From positions 160,001 through 224,000 of the forward strand of contig CAWHIJ010000003.1 in assembly GCA_963829525.1 (NCBI GenBank): DNA of 64,000 nt, read 5' to 3'. The notes beneath the pieces are model-generated. The model was not told where the DNA came from. It did not search any database and was given only the letters and a program-made list of their open reading frames with translations. Positions 28,415-37,584 of this stretch are shown here, piece after piece. Both the position numbers and the translations under genes were made by a program. Position 1 is the stretch's first letter. Each line of letters opens with the position of its first letter. The DNA is from an uncultured Actinomycetota bacterium. Its GTDB lineage: Bacteria; Actinomycetota; Actinomycetes; JAHEKZ01.

Positions 28415-28585
28415 ATGGGTGGCATCACCAAGTCCGCCAAGGACCTGTGGACGCGACTGCTCATCTGGCGTTATCGAGCCGAGCAGGCTGAAGTCGCCCG
28501 ACAGGACAGTGACTCCGAGGAACGACTCCGGATGGCCGAGGAAGGCATCTTTCCTTACGGACGCCCGAACAGCGGCTCCGTGTAG
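28415..28585 (+). CDS. Unannotated 56-aa microprotein B (IWRY motif)
   Basis: GAGGGGAG RBS, MGGITKSAKDLWTRLLIWRYRAEQAEVARQDSDSEERLRMAEEGIFPYGRPNSGSV. Confidence 0.7.
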   Translation: MGGITKSAKDLWTRLLIWRYRAEQAEVARQDSDSEERLRMAEEGIFPYGRPNSGSV

Positions 28586-28597
28586 AGAACCCGTGCG

Positions 28598-29185
28598 TCA
28601 CGCCGTCGGCGGGATGTCCGTCCGATGGAAGTTCAAGAACGACTTGCTCGGCGTCGGGCCACGCTGGCCCTGGTAGCGCGAGCCGTACTTTGCCGAACCG
28701 TACGGGTGCTCAGCCGGTGAAGAAAGCCGGAAGAGGCAGAGCTGCCCGATCTTCATCCCGGGCCAGAGCTTGATGGGGAGCGTCGCGACGTTGCTCAGCT
28801 CGAGCGTGACGTGACCGCTGAAGCCGGGGTCGATGAAGCCGGCCGTCGAGTGCGTCAGAAGGCCGAGACGGCCGAGTGATGACTTGCCCTCCAGTCGTCC
28901 GGCAACGTCGTCGGGGAGGCTCACGACCTCGTAGGTCGACGCGAGAGCGAACTCTCCGGGGTGCAAGATGAACGGCTCATCGCCGTCGGGCTCGACCATG
29001 CGCGTGAGGTCGGGTTGCTCCTGTGCCGGGTCGATGTGCGGGTAACGGTGGTTCTCGAACACCCGGAAGTAGCGGTCGAGACGGACATCGACGCTGGATG
29101 GCTGGACCATCGCGGTGTCGAAGGGCTCGAGCTGGACGCGTCCAGCAGCGATCTCAGCCTGGATGTCACGGTCGGAGAGGAGCAC
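28598..29185 (-). CDS. dcd: dCTP deaminase
   Basis: [38 protein letters not shown]. Confidence 0.97.
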   Translation of the reverse strand: MLLSDRDIQAEIAAGRVQLEPFDTAMVQPSSVDVRLDRYFRVFENHRYPHIDPAQEQPDLTRMVEPDGDEPFILHPGEFALASTYEVVSLPDDVAGRLEGKSSLGRLGLLTHSTAGFIDPGFSGHVTLELSNVATLPIKLWPGMKIGQLCLFRLSSPAEHPYGSAKYGSRYQGQRGPTPSKSFLNFHRTDIPPTA

Positions 29186-29275
29186 GCGGGGAGACTACTA
29201 GCCCGACAATGCCCCGTGGCCCGGGCGGGTCCAGGTGCGGCATAATCACAGGTGCTCTCCCTCGGGGAGAGCCGC

Positions 29276-29346
29276 GCGGGTGTAGTTCAATGGTAGAACA
29301 TCAGCTTCCCAAGCTGACAGTGCGAGTTCGATTCTCGTCACCCGCT
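29276..29346 (+). tRNA. tRNA-Gly (CCC), CCA not encoded
   Basis: Acceptor stem GCGGGTG/CACCCGC, anticodon arm TCAGC-TTCCCAA-GCTGA, T loop GTTCGATT; CATAAT -10 at 29241. Confidence 0.97.
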
Positions 29347-29454
29347 CCCCTCCCTCGGTGGGGCCCCCTCCCGCCGCGATCACCCGTTAGGCCCAGCGCT
29401 GACGGCGGCACGGCGTCGATGCATAGGGGACTGAAAGAGGTGGCCGACTTCGTG

Positions 29455-30261
29455 ATGCGTACCCGCCTGGGCGCACTCGCCCTCGCTGCAGGAGCGATCG
29501 TCTCGATGGTCGCCGCCCCAGCAGCGTCCGTGATCGCCCCCAACCCAGTGCTTCCAACGGCCAACGCCAAGTGGGACTACCAAATCGGAAAGCCCTATAC
29601 CCCGCGCAAGGGCGTCACCGTGGTCTCGCGCGACCGTACCGAAGCGCCACTCGCCGGCGCGTACACGATGTGTTACGTCAACGCCTACCAAACTCAGCCG
29701 GACAGGGTGCGTTGGTGGAAGAACAACCACGACAACCTGCTGCTGAAGAAGCCTGGCGGCGGTTACGTCGTTGACAGCTATTGGGGCGAGGTTCTCTTTG
29801 ACATCGGAACTCCCGAGAAGCGAGACGCGCTCGCCAGCATTGTCAACGGCTGGATCACCCGGTGCGCAGATGACGGCTTTCAGGCAGTGGAGCCCGACAA
29901 TCTCGACTCGTGGACGCGGTCCAACCGGCTACTGACCCGCGATCAAGCCTTCGCCTTCGCAAAACTCCTGATCGACCACGCCCACTCCAACGGTCTCGCC
30001 ATCGGACAGAAGAACGCAGCCGGCCAGACAGCGCGCGGCAAAACCGCCGGCTTTGATTTTGCCGTTGCCGAGGAATGTGGGAGATACAAGGAGTGCAATG
30101 CCTACACCGCTGCTTACGGCGACCAGGTGTACGTCATCGAGTACCGACTTCAAGACTTCACTTACTCGTGCGAGCGCTGGGGTAGCGAGCTCTCGATCAT
30201 CCTGCGCGATCGCAACGTCACTGCTCCCGGCTCGAAGACCTACGTCTACAAGGCCTGTTGA
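29455..30261 (+). CDS. Secreted endo-alpha-1,4-polygalactosaminidase (GH114-like)
   Basis: Signal peptide, WDYQIG, CYVNAYQTQP, AVEPDNLDSW, GQKN, FAVAEEC. Confidence 0.88.
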   Translation: MRTRLGALALAAGAIVSMVAAPAASVIAPNPVLPTANAKWDYQIGKPYTPRKGVTVVSRDRTEAPLAGAYTMCYVNAYQTQPDRVRWWKNNHDNLLLKKPGGGYVVDSYWGEVLFDIGTPEKRDALASIVNGWITRCADDGFQAVEPDNLDSWTRSNRLLTRDQAFAFAKLLIDHAHSNGLAIGQKNAAGQTARGKTAGFDFAVAEECGRYKECNAYTAAYGDQVYVIEYRLQDFTYSCERWGSELSIILRDRNVTAPGSKTYVYKAC

Positions 30262-30908
30262 CGCGACACTCTCCGCGGGATCACCAACCACGCCCCGACG
30301 AGGAAGCAGAGCGCGCCCAACAGCGTCCCACCGTTAGACCATCTCGCGTTCAGCAGTTCGTTCGTGGACGGGACCACATAAGCGCCGACCGCGGATATGC
30401 CGAAGAAGATCGACCCGACCATGTTGAACGTGCTGATCGTCCACGAACGGTCGCGAGCGTGTCCGTGCCGATGACGTCGGACGTCCGGCATCAGCGCAAT
30501 GGCGCTGGAGACTAGGAAGAGAATCGAGCCAACGGCGTCCGGGCGCCAGATCACCTGGTTCTCGACCGCCTGTCGTCCCGATAGGTCAACCAAGGCGGCC
30601 AGCGTCGTGACGTTGAAGAAGATCGTGCCGATCCACTGGATCCAGGAACTGGTCCAGGCCGGCGCTCGGCTCAGCAGGGCCGCGGTTGTGCTGGCGGTCG
30701 GTCCCTCCGGTCCCGACCGCCAGGCCAGGCGCATCTGGATGCTGGACGCCGAGGTGAAGAAGATCGACCCGACGAAGAAGGTGAGCGCACCAACGACCGG
30801 AGACCAGCTGGTACTGAGGCTGAAGACCACGCCAACGGCGAAGCAAGCCGAGCCAATGACGAAGAGCCACCCCATCCAGGTGGTGGCGCGGAGAGAGGGC
30901 GTTGGCAC
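30246..30908 (-). CDS. Integral membrane protein (YrhK-like repeats)
   Basis: Repeated GSxxF helices; start uncertain. Confidence 0.7.
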   Translation of the reverse strand: MPTPSLRATTWMGWLFVIGSACFAVGVVFSLSTSWSPVVGALTFFVGSIFFTSASSIQMRLAWRSGPEGPTASTTAALLSRAPAWTSSWIQWIGTIFFNVTTLAALVDLSGRQAVENQVIWRPDAVGSILFLVSSAIALMPDVRRHRHGHARDRSWTISTFNMVGSIFFGISAVGAYVVPSTNELLNARWSNGGTLLGALCFLVGAWLVIPRRVSRQQAL

Positions 30909-30948
30909 GACGGTGATCTTACGGAGGTCGGAGCCGCAACGTTGGCCA

Positions 30949-32094
30949 TCACACTCGATGCTGCGGCGGCGTCCACACCCAGATCTCAGACGGGGCAAGA
31001 GCCGCCGAAATCACCTTGCTGAGCTCTCGCTGGACCTTGCCGGCATCCATCTGGTGACGAAGCCCCTCTGCGAATGCGTCCGCAGTGCGTTGACCGTCGT
31101 AGGCGGTTCGGTCGAACCGCCGATCGACGGCCCCTCGGACGCGCCGCAGCACGGGCTGGAACACAGCCGCTGCGGCGAGTGTCGCGATTGCGATCGGCCC
31201 CGACCCCGATCCTGGAACGAGGTTGGTCAGAGAGGTCACGACAATTGCGTACACCCCGACTACCGCCGCACTCACGAGCGCGTATGAGATCGAGCGGCTG
31301 ACGATCCGGTCGATCTCGTAGAGGCGATAACGCATCACGGCAATCCCGATTGCGATCGGGATGAGGGCGTACATGATGACGACAACCTGGTTCAGCACGT
31401 CCTCGACATTCCACGGCACGGCGAACGAGAGAATGAACGTGCCGATCACGATGGACGCAGCCCATGCGACCCAGCGAATCTGGGCACGCTCGACCGAGCC
31501 TGCGTGTCGGTAGCGCACCACGACTGATGCCGCACTCACGAAGAAGCAGGCAAGCAGCGGCAGCCCGAGCAAGGGAAAGATCGTGTCGATGTGGGCAATG
31601 ACCCATTCGCTCGCAACGGGGTTGGCAACTCCCGGACGCACTTCGGCATACGCCGCACTGATGAGGACCGTCCCCGTCACAAGCAGCGCGATCGAGAAGT
31701 TCGAGAACCACCGCCAACGCGGGGAAGGGAGCCGTCCATCGGGAAACCTCAGAAGCACCTGGGTGAAGAGAAGCCCGACCGGCGGTAGCCAGATCCAACC
31801 GGTGTCATCGCCGCCGGCGAACCAAAGAAACCAGGCTGCGACTTGCGGATGAGAGTCGGCGAGCGAGTCACCCAGCGCGTAGGCGGGGGCTGCGAGGGCA
31901 AAGCATCCCGACACGAAGAGAAGCATCCAGCCGAGCGGGTTCCGCGGAATCCGCGACGCCAACAGCCAGCCGACTGCCGCCGCGGACCCAACCAAGACTC
32001 CGATGACGAACCCCCGCCAGCCGGCGCCGATGACCAGCCCTACCAGCAGAACCAGCTGAGTCGCACCGATGATGTTGGCGAGGCGGACCATCAC
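30949..32094 (-). CDS. Multi-pass membrane protein resembling the input domain of actinobacterial histidine kinases, with no kinase domain
   Basis: PRNPLGW, FPDGRLPSPRW, ERAQIRW, RYRLYEID, VDRRFDR; ends without an H-box. Confidence 0.8.
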   Translation of the reverse strand: MMVRLANIIGATQLVLLVGLVIGAGWRGFVIGVLVGSAAAVGWLLASRIPRNPLGWMLLFVSGCFALAAPAYALGDSLADSHPQVAAWFLWFAGGDDTGWIWLPPVGLLFTQVLLRFPDGRLPSPRWRWFSNFSIALLVTGTVLISAAYAEVRPGVANPVASEWVIAHIDTIFPLLGLPLLACFFVSAASVVVRYRHAGSVERAQIRWVAWAASIVIGTFILSFAVPWNVEDVLNQVVVIMYALIPIAIGIAVMRYRLYEIDRIVSRSISYALVSAAVVGVYAIVVTSLTNLVPGSGSGPIAIATLAAAAVFQPVLRRVRGAVDRRFDRTAYDGQRTADAFAEGLRHQMDAGKVQRELSKVISAALAPSEIWVWTPPQHRV

Positions 32095-32167
32095 CGCTCC
32101 CTCCGCTCTCGCAGGCGCTCTGCATGGCCAGCCAAGGGGCTGGCGGCACCATGGTGCCCCTGACGCC

Positions 32168-32183
32168 GTTACGGAGGCGTTAC
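32168..32183. promoter_or_regulatory. GTTAC-N6-GTTAC direct repeat (GlnR/MtrA-box-like)
   Basis: CGTTACGGA repeated at 11-bp spacing in a divergent intergenic region. Confidence 0.45.
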
Positions 32184-32239
32184 GGATGGGGTCGAGATAG
32201 TCCCTTCAGGCGAGGCCGCCGCTCAAGGGCGCCTTCAGG

Positions 32240-32277
32240 GCTACCGACGAGTAACATAGAAGTTACTCATCAGTAGC
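32240..32277. promoter_or_regulatory. Two 16-bp TTAC-N6-GTA(A/G) operators upstream of the acyl-CoA dehydrogenase (FdmR-like TetR sites)
   Basis: GCTACCGACGAGTAAC and GTTACTCATCAGTAGC are 14/16 reverse complements of each other. Confidence 0.65.
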
Positions 32278-32294
32278 ACCGGGAGGGCCGGGCC

Positions 32295-34118
32295 ATGGGC
32301 CATTACCAGGCGAACCTTCGCGATATCGAGTTCATGCTCTTCGAGGTGCTGCGACGTGACCAGGTCCTGGGTACCGGTCGCTACAGCGAGGTGGACGCCG
32401 ATACGGCGCGTTCGCTGCTCCGCGAGGTCGAGCACCTCGCCACCACCACACTGGCGGACGCGTTCGTCTCAGGCGATCGAACGCCGCCGGTCTTCGACCC
32501 GGCGACGCACAGCGTCGCGATGCCTCAGGAGTTCGCCAAGGCCTTTCACGCGTACACCGAAGGCGGCTGGCCCGACCTCGACCTCAACGAAGAGCTCGGC
32601 GGAACCCTCGTTCCACCCTCGCTGCGGTGGGCGATCGCCGAGATGGTTCTCGGCGCGAACCCGGCCGTGCACATGTACTCGACCGGACCGGCGTTCGCAC
32701 GTCTCGTCTACGACCTCGGGACCGACGAGCAGAAGCAGTGGGCGCGCGTCTGGGCGCAGCAGCGTTGGGGCGCCACCATGGTGCTCACTGAGCCGGACGC
32801 CGGAAGCGACGTCGGTGCTGGAGGCACCACTGCGTCCGAGCAGCCGGATGGCTCGTGGCACATCACCGGAGTCAAGCGGTTCATCACGTCCGGTGAACAC
32901 GACATGACCGACAACATCATCCATCTTGTGCTTGCCCGCCCTGATGGAGCTGGCCCCGGCACCAAGGGGCTCTCGCTCTTCATCGTGCCGAAGTTCCTCG
33001 TTGACTGGAGCAATGGAGAGCTGCTGGAGCGCAACGGCGTCTACGCCACCAACGTCGAACACAAGATGGGACTCAAAGCGTCCGCAACCTGCGAGCTGAC
33101 CTTCGGCGAGCGCGAGGCCGCCGTCGGGTGGCTGGTGGGTGACGTGCACGACGGCATCGCGCAGATGTTCAAGGTGATCGAGTACGCACGCATGCTCGTC
33201 GGCACGAAAGCTATCGCCACACTCTCGGCCGGCTATCTCAGCGCGCTTGAGTACACCAAGACCCGCGTTCAAGGGCCCGACCTCACGCAGGCATCCGACA
33301 AGACAGCCCCGCGCGTCACGGTGATCCACCACCCAGACGTCCGTCGCTCTCTCATGACGCAGAAGTCGTACAGCGAAGGGCTCCGCGCTCTCATGCTCTA
33401 CGCCGCTTCGGTGCAGGACGCCGTCGAAGTAAAGGAGTCGTCAGGGGAGGATGCCTCAGCCGAACACGCGCTCAACGACCTCCTGCTCCCGATCGTCAAG
33501 GGGTACGGGTCGGAGAAGTCGTACGGGTTGCTGGCGGAGTCTCTGCAGTGCTTCGGCGGGTCCGGTTACCTGCAGGACTATCCGATCGAGCAATACATCC
33601 GCGACGCCAAGATCGACACCCTCTACGAAGGAACCACCGCGATCCAGGGGCTGGACCTATTCTTCCGGAAGATGGTCAAAGACCAGTTCGGCGCCATCAC
33701 TGCGTTGGGCCAGGAGATCAGTGCTCTAGCCGTGGGCGGGAACGCTGAGCTGGCTCGCGAACGGCAGCTGCTCGGCTCGGCCCTGCAGGACGTGCGGGCG
33801 ATGATTGAGGTGATGGCCAGGTTCGCGATGGCATCAGGTACAGATGCACCGCAGGTCTACCGAGCAGGGCTCAACACGACGCGACTGCTGTTCAGCGTCG
33901 GCGACGTCGTCGTTGCGTGGCTGCTGCTGCGCCAGGCAACGGTGGCTCTGGCCGCGCTGGAAAGTGACGTGTCCGAGTCCGACGAAGAGTTCTATCGCGG
34001 AAAGATCGCTGCCGCGCAGTGGTTCTGCCGACAGGTGCTGCCGCACCTCAGCGCTGAGCGCTCGGTCCTCGAAGCCACCGACCTCGACGTCATGGAGCTC
34101 GACGAATCCGCCTTCTGA
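32295..34118 (+). CDS. Acyl-CoA dehydrogenase (FadE5-like)
   Basis: TMVLTEPDAGSDVG, GVKRFITSG, EHKMG, GGSGYLQDYP, LYEGTTAIQ. Confidence 0.95.
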   Translation: MGHYQANLRDIEFMLFEVLRRDQVLGTGRYSEVDADTARSLLREVEHLATTTLADAFVSGDRTPPVFDPATHSVAMPQEFAKAFHAYTEGGWPDLDLNEELGGTLVPPSLRWAIAEMVLGANPAVHMYSTGPAFARLVYDLGTDEQKQWARVWAQQRWGATMVLTEPDAGSDVGAGGTTASEQPDGSWHITGVKRFITSGEHDMTDNIIHLVLARPDGAGPGTKGLSLFIVPKFLVDWSNGELLERNGVYATNVEHKMGLKASATCELTFGEREAAVGWLVGDVHDGIAQMFKVIEYARMLVGTKAIATLSAGYLSALEYTKTRVQGPDLTQASDKTAPRVTVIHHPDVRRSLMTQKSYSEGLRALMLYAASVQDAVEVKESSGEDASAEHALNDLLLPIVKGYGSEKSYGLLAESLQCFGGSGYLQDYPIEQYIRDAKIDTLYEGTTAIQGLDLFFRKMVKDQFGAITALGQEISALAVGGNAELARERQLLGSALQDVRAMIEVMARFAMASGTDAPQVYRAGLNTTRLLFSVGDVVVAWLLLRQATVALAALESDVSESDEEFYRGKIAAAQWFCRQVLPHLSAERSVLEATDLDVMELDESAF

Positions 34119-34186
34119 CACTTCACATCCGGGATTCACATCACAGGGGGCCTGTCCCCGGAGAACTTCCGCATTCGTGGTTGTGA

Positions 34187-36004
34187 TCAGTGGGCGGCGA
34201 GGGGGAGGGTGAGCTCATTCTCCCCGTCGGCGCCAACGGTCACCGGGACACCCCAGTCCTGCTGGTGCACGTGACACGCGGGAAACTCCGCGTCACCGTC
34301 GTCGCAGGAGGCCACCCGTGCGGATACGTGCAGCACGCCGGCGTCGACGGCATCCCCGATGCGAATCACTCGACGAAGCGCGTCAGCGGGGCCAGTGCCC
34401 GCTTCGAGAAGGTGGGCCGGAGTCGATGACACGGAGACGTGGGTGGCGGAGCCGTACCGGTCGTCGAGCTTCTGACCAGGTGGCGGCGTGAAGAGCACCT
34501 CGAGCGCAATCGTTCCGGGGCGCAGCGATACAGCCGGCCGCTGTGACTGCATGCCAGAAGCCTTCACCATGGTGGCTTCGGCCGGAAGTCGCACACGGGT
34601 CAGTCGGTGTGCTGCCGACTCGACGACGAACAGCTCATCTCCGAGTGCGATCAGCCCACTGGGTTCGGCGAGGTCACCGGCGACTGTCGTAACTGTGCGC
34701 GTCACAGGGTCGAAGCGACGAACAGCTCCGTTGTAGGTGTCGGCGATGGCAACCGAACCGTCCGCCAGCACGCAGCAGTCGAGCGGATGCTGCAGCGATG
34801 CCTCGGTTGCTGGGCCGTCGACGTAGCCGAAGTCGAAGAGCCCACTTCCCACTTCGGTGGTGACGACGCCGTTGGTGACCCGACGCAGAGCCGACGTCTC
34901 GGCGTCGGCAAACCACAGCGTCCCTCCGTCCGAGGAGACGGCGAAGCCGGACGGTTGCGCGAACCAAGCCTGCATGAGGTCACCGTCGACGAGACCCTCC
35001 TGGGTCGTTCCCGCACGTAGTGTGAGCCGTCCGGCAAGGGGGTCGTAGCTCCACAGCTGGTGGTTGCCTGCCATGGCGATGGCCACCTCCGACCATGCCG
35101 GCATCCACACGACGTCCCACGGTGAGCTCATGGGAGTGTCGGCGAACGCTTGATCGGGCAAGGGGTCACCTTGCATCCACTGCTGGCCGGTTCCAGCCAG
35201 ATTTCGGACGCGTCCGTCGCGCAGTCGGACACCGCGCAGGGCGTGGTTGACGGTGTCGGCAACGACGACGTCGTATCCGACGCGTGTGCGAATGTCGGGC
35301 GGCAGCAGGCAGAGCCCGTTGGGTTCGTTGAACTGCGCTGCCGTCGCGGCTCCAGGGAGGTAGCCGCGCGTTCCGGTGCCGATACGCCGTATGAGCGTGC
35401 CGCTGGTCGAGTCGAGCTGGGCAAGGGAGTGGTGTCCCGCGTCCGCGACCAACAGGCTGCGATCTGGGAGCAGCACCGCCTTGGCGGGGAACCGCAGAGT
35501 GGTGTCGTCCGGTGCAGCATCTGGCGTGAACGCGTCGTCCGGGTGCAACGTCCCGCGGGACTGGTAGTCGTTGACCAGACGCTCGAGCAGCATGTCGATG
35601 GCGTGGGCGTGGCCTTCGCCCGAATGCTGCGCGATCACGTAGCCCTCAGGGTCGATCAGCACTAGCGTCGGCCAGGCGCGAACGGCGTACTGCTGCCACG
35701 TCTGCAGGTCTGGGTCGTCGAGCACCGGGTGTGTGACCCCATAGCGCTCGACGGCGGCAATCACAGCCTCCGGAGTCCCCTCGTGCGGAAACTTCGGCGA
35801 GTGGACGCCAACGACGACGAGTTCGTCGGTGTACTTGGCCTCCAGGGGTCGAAGCTCGTCCAGCACGTGCAGGCAGTTGACGCAGCACCCGGTCCAGAAG
35901 TCGAGGAGCACGAACCGACCCCGGAGCTCACTCAGGCTGAGCAGGCGTCCCCCGGTGTTCAGCCACCCTCGACCCTGCAGCTCGGGCGCTCGTAGACGGA
36001 CCAC
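34187..36004 (-). CDS. Thioredoxin-like plus NHL-repeat protein
   Basis: DFWTGCCVNCLH, GVHSPKF, AWPTLVLID, multiple NHL repeats. Confidence 0.92.
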   Translation of the reverse strand: MVRLRAPELQGRGWLNTGGRLLSLSELRGRFVLLDFWTGCCVNCLHVLDELRPLEAKYTDELVVVGVHSPKFPHEGTPEAVIAAVERYGVTHPVLDDPDLQTWQQYAVRAWPTLVLIDPEGYVIAQHSGEGHAHAIDMLLERLVNDYQSRGTLHPDDAFTPDAAPDDTTLRFPAKAVLLPDRSLLVADAGHHSLAQLDSTSGTLIRRIGTGTRGYLPGAATAAQFNEPNGLCLLPPDIRTRVGYDVVVADTVNHALRGVRLRDGRVRNLAGTGQQWMQGDPLPDQAFADTPMSSPWDVVWMPAWSEVAIAMAGNHQLWSYDPLAGRLTLRAGTTQEGLVDGDLMQAWFAQPSGFAVSSDGGTLWFADAETSALRRVTNGVVTTEVGSGLFDFGYVDGPATEASLQHPLDCCVLADGSVAIADTYNGAVRRFDPVTRTVTTVAGDLAEPSGLIALGDELFVVESAAHRLTRVRLPAEATMVKASGMQSQRPAVSLRPGTIALEVLFTPPPGQKLDDRYGSATHVSVSSTPAHLLEAGTGPADALRRVIRIGDAVDAGVLHVSARVASCDDGDAEFPACHVHQQDWGVPVTVGADGENELTLPLAAH

Positions 36005-36028
36005 CCTGCGAGGCTACGCGTAGCTCGG

Positions 36029-37459
36029 TCACCACAGGATCTCCGGGCCGCGCCACCCTCTCGATGTTCGGACGCCGAAGAGGACGCGCGACCGGGCCTC
36101 CATGCTCGAGACCATCGCCTCGGCAAGGTTCAGTGCGTGGAGCATCTCCCTGCTGCTGAACCGGGTGAGAAGGTCCTCCACAAGGTCGGCCCGTCCGGCG
36201 TCGAGCAGCACGCGAGCCGACTCGATCGCCGTCTCGAGACCGGCGACGCACCGCCGTTCCACTGCTTCCCAGACCGGCAGCACCTCCGGCAGGAACACCT
36301 CGTGGTGCTCAGCCAATAGGTACATGAGCCGTTTGTGCACCGCGACCGCCGACCTTGTCGCCTCGACCCCCGGCGGAACTGCGCTCTGCGTTGCTCCACC
36401 GTCGAGACCACCGGACACGAACACTGAGCTCTCCCCCGCCGTTAGGTAGCGGTGCTGGGCGAACTCCGGCTCCACCTCTCGCACACCGAGTGGGACAGGG
36501 GTGAACGGCGCAGCCACCGCGCCAACCACTGCGTGCCACAACACCCGTAGATCGGCGTGTTCGTCGGCCGGAAGAAGCGGCACGACCTGTCCATAGCCAG
36601 CAGTGTCGCCGGTGAGCCGATCGGTTCGCACCGCCCAGAAAACGTCCTCAAGGGTGATACCTCCAGGGCGAGCGGCCCGCTCGGCCAGCTGCTCCTCCAT
36701 CCACGCGGCCCCCTCCCATCGGCCCTTTCCGTCGCCGTACACCGCGTTGACGTCAAAAGGTCCGTCACTCGTCCGGTACCACCCATGCTCAACGGCGAAG
36801 TCGACGAGGTGAGGGGCGCCCGCAAAGTAGTCCCGGTCGAGAAAGTCCTCGGGGATGACACCGATATAGCCGGGACGGCTGACCCTGATGCTTTGGGCTC
36901 CGAGTCGCTCGGCGACCCACAGCCCGGCACCACCTGCAAACTCGATCACCACCCACGCCTCGTCTGCATCCGCGATCAGGTGCGAGTTGCCCCCATAGGT
37001 GGACTCGCCGTACTCAGCGATCAGGTCACCGATCAGCTCGACACCCTCGCGGGCGGTGCGGCAACGCTCCAGAGCCAGACGCGCCAGGTCGCTGTAGCTC
37101 GGGCCTTGTTGGTCGGGAGGGGTCAACGCAATCAACCATGGGCTGCTTGTCGACCACACGTCGCGCACTGCCACCCCGTGCTCATTCAGACCACCATTGG
37201 TCAGCGGGGCCGGGACGCCGAGGAACGCCGAGTAGCTCACGCGCAGATGTCGGAAAGTCTCAGGTACCTGAGGAATGGTGGATCGGATACCCGGCATGTC
37301 CGCGGCCGGCGTCACGCCGACCTCAACGACGGCGTCGGGCGCGTGGGTTGCACTGGGGACGAGCTCCAGCCAGTGGCTGGAGGGTTCATCCCCATAGCCG
37401 GCGAGATAGCCGACGCCGTCCGCGGTCAGTTCCTTGCCGACATAGACCGCGTAGCTCAT
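36029..37459 (-). CDS. C69 dipeptidase-like Ntn hydrolase with N-terminal Ser
   Basis: MSYAVYVGKELTADG, GLNEHGVA, ALERCRTAREGV, LIADADEAWVVIE. Confidence 0.75.
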   Translation of the reverse strand: MSYAVYVGKELTADGVGYLAGYGDEPSSHWLELVPSATHAPDAVVEVGVTPAADMPGIRSTIPQVPETFRHLRVSYSAFLGVPAPLTNGGLNEHGVAVRDVWSTSSPWLIALTPPDQQGPSYSDLARLALERCRTAREGVELIGDLIAEYGESTYGGNSHLIADADEAWVVIEFAGGAGLWVAERLGAQSIRVSRPGYIGVIPEDFLDRDYFAGAPHLVDFAVEHGWYRTSDGPFDVNAVYGDGKGRWEGAAWMEEQLAERAARPGGITLEDVFWAVRTDRLTGDTAGYGQVVPLLPADEHADLRVLWHAVVGAVAAPFTPVPLGVREVEPEFAQHRYLTAGESSVFVSGGLDGGATQSAVPPGVEATRSAVAVHKRLMYLLAEHHEVFLPEVLPVWEAVERRCVAGLETAIESARVLLDAGRADLVEDLLTRFSSREMLHALNLAEAMVSSMEARSRVLFGVRTSRGWRGPEILW

Positions 37460-37584
37460 CGCCGACCTTGCAACTGCGTCATCTGTTGAGCCTAATGCCG
37501 GATCCACCCGACAAACCACGGCGAGTCTGGAACGAAAACCGCGCTCACCGCGGAAAGCGTTCCGCAGTCATTGCACGAGAGTGC

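Noticed and set aside
28213-28585. RiPP precursor peptides or a toxin-antitoxin pair
   Set aside because: No modifying enzymes, protease or exporter adjacent, no leader/core pattern, and no recognisable toxin or antitoxin fold
29276-32100. Integrative element at tRNA-Gly
   Set aside because: No integrase, no duplicated tRNA 3' end seen, and no obvious compositional shift
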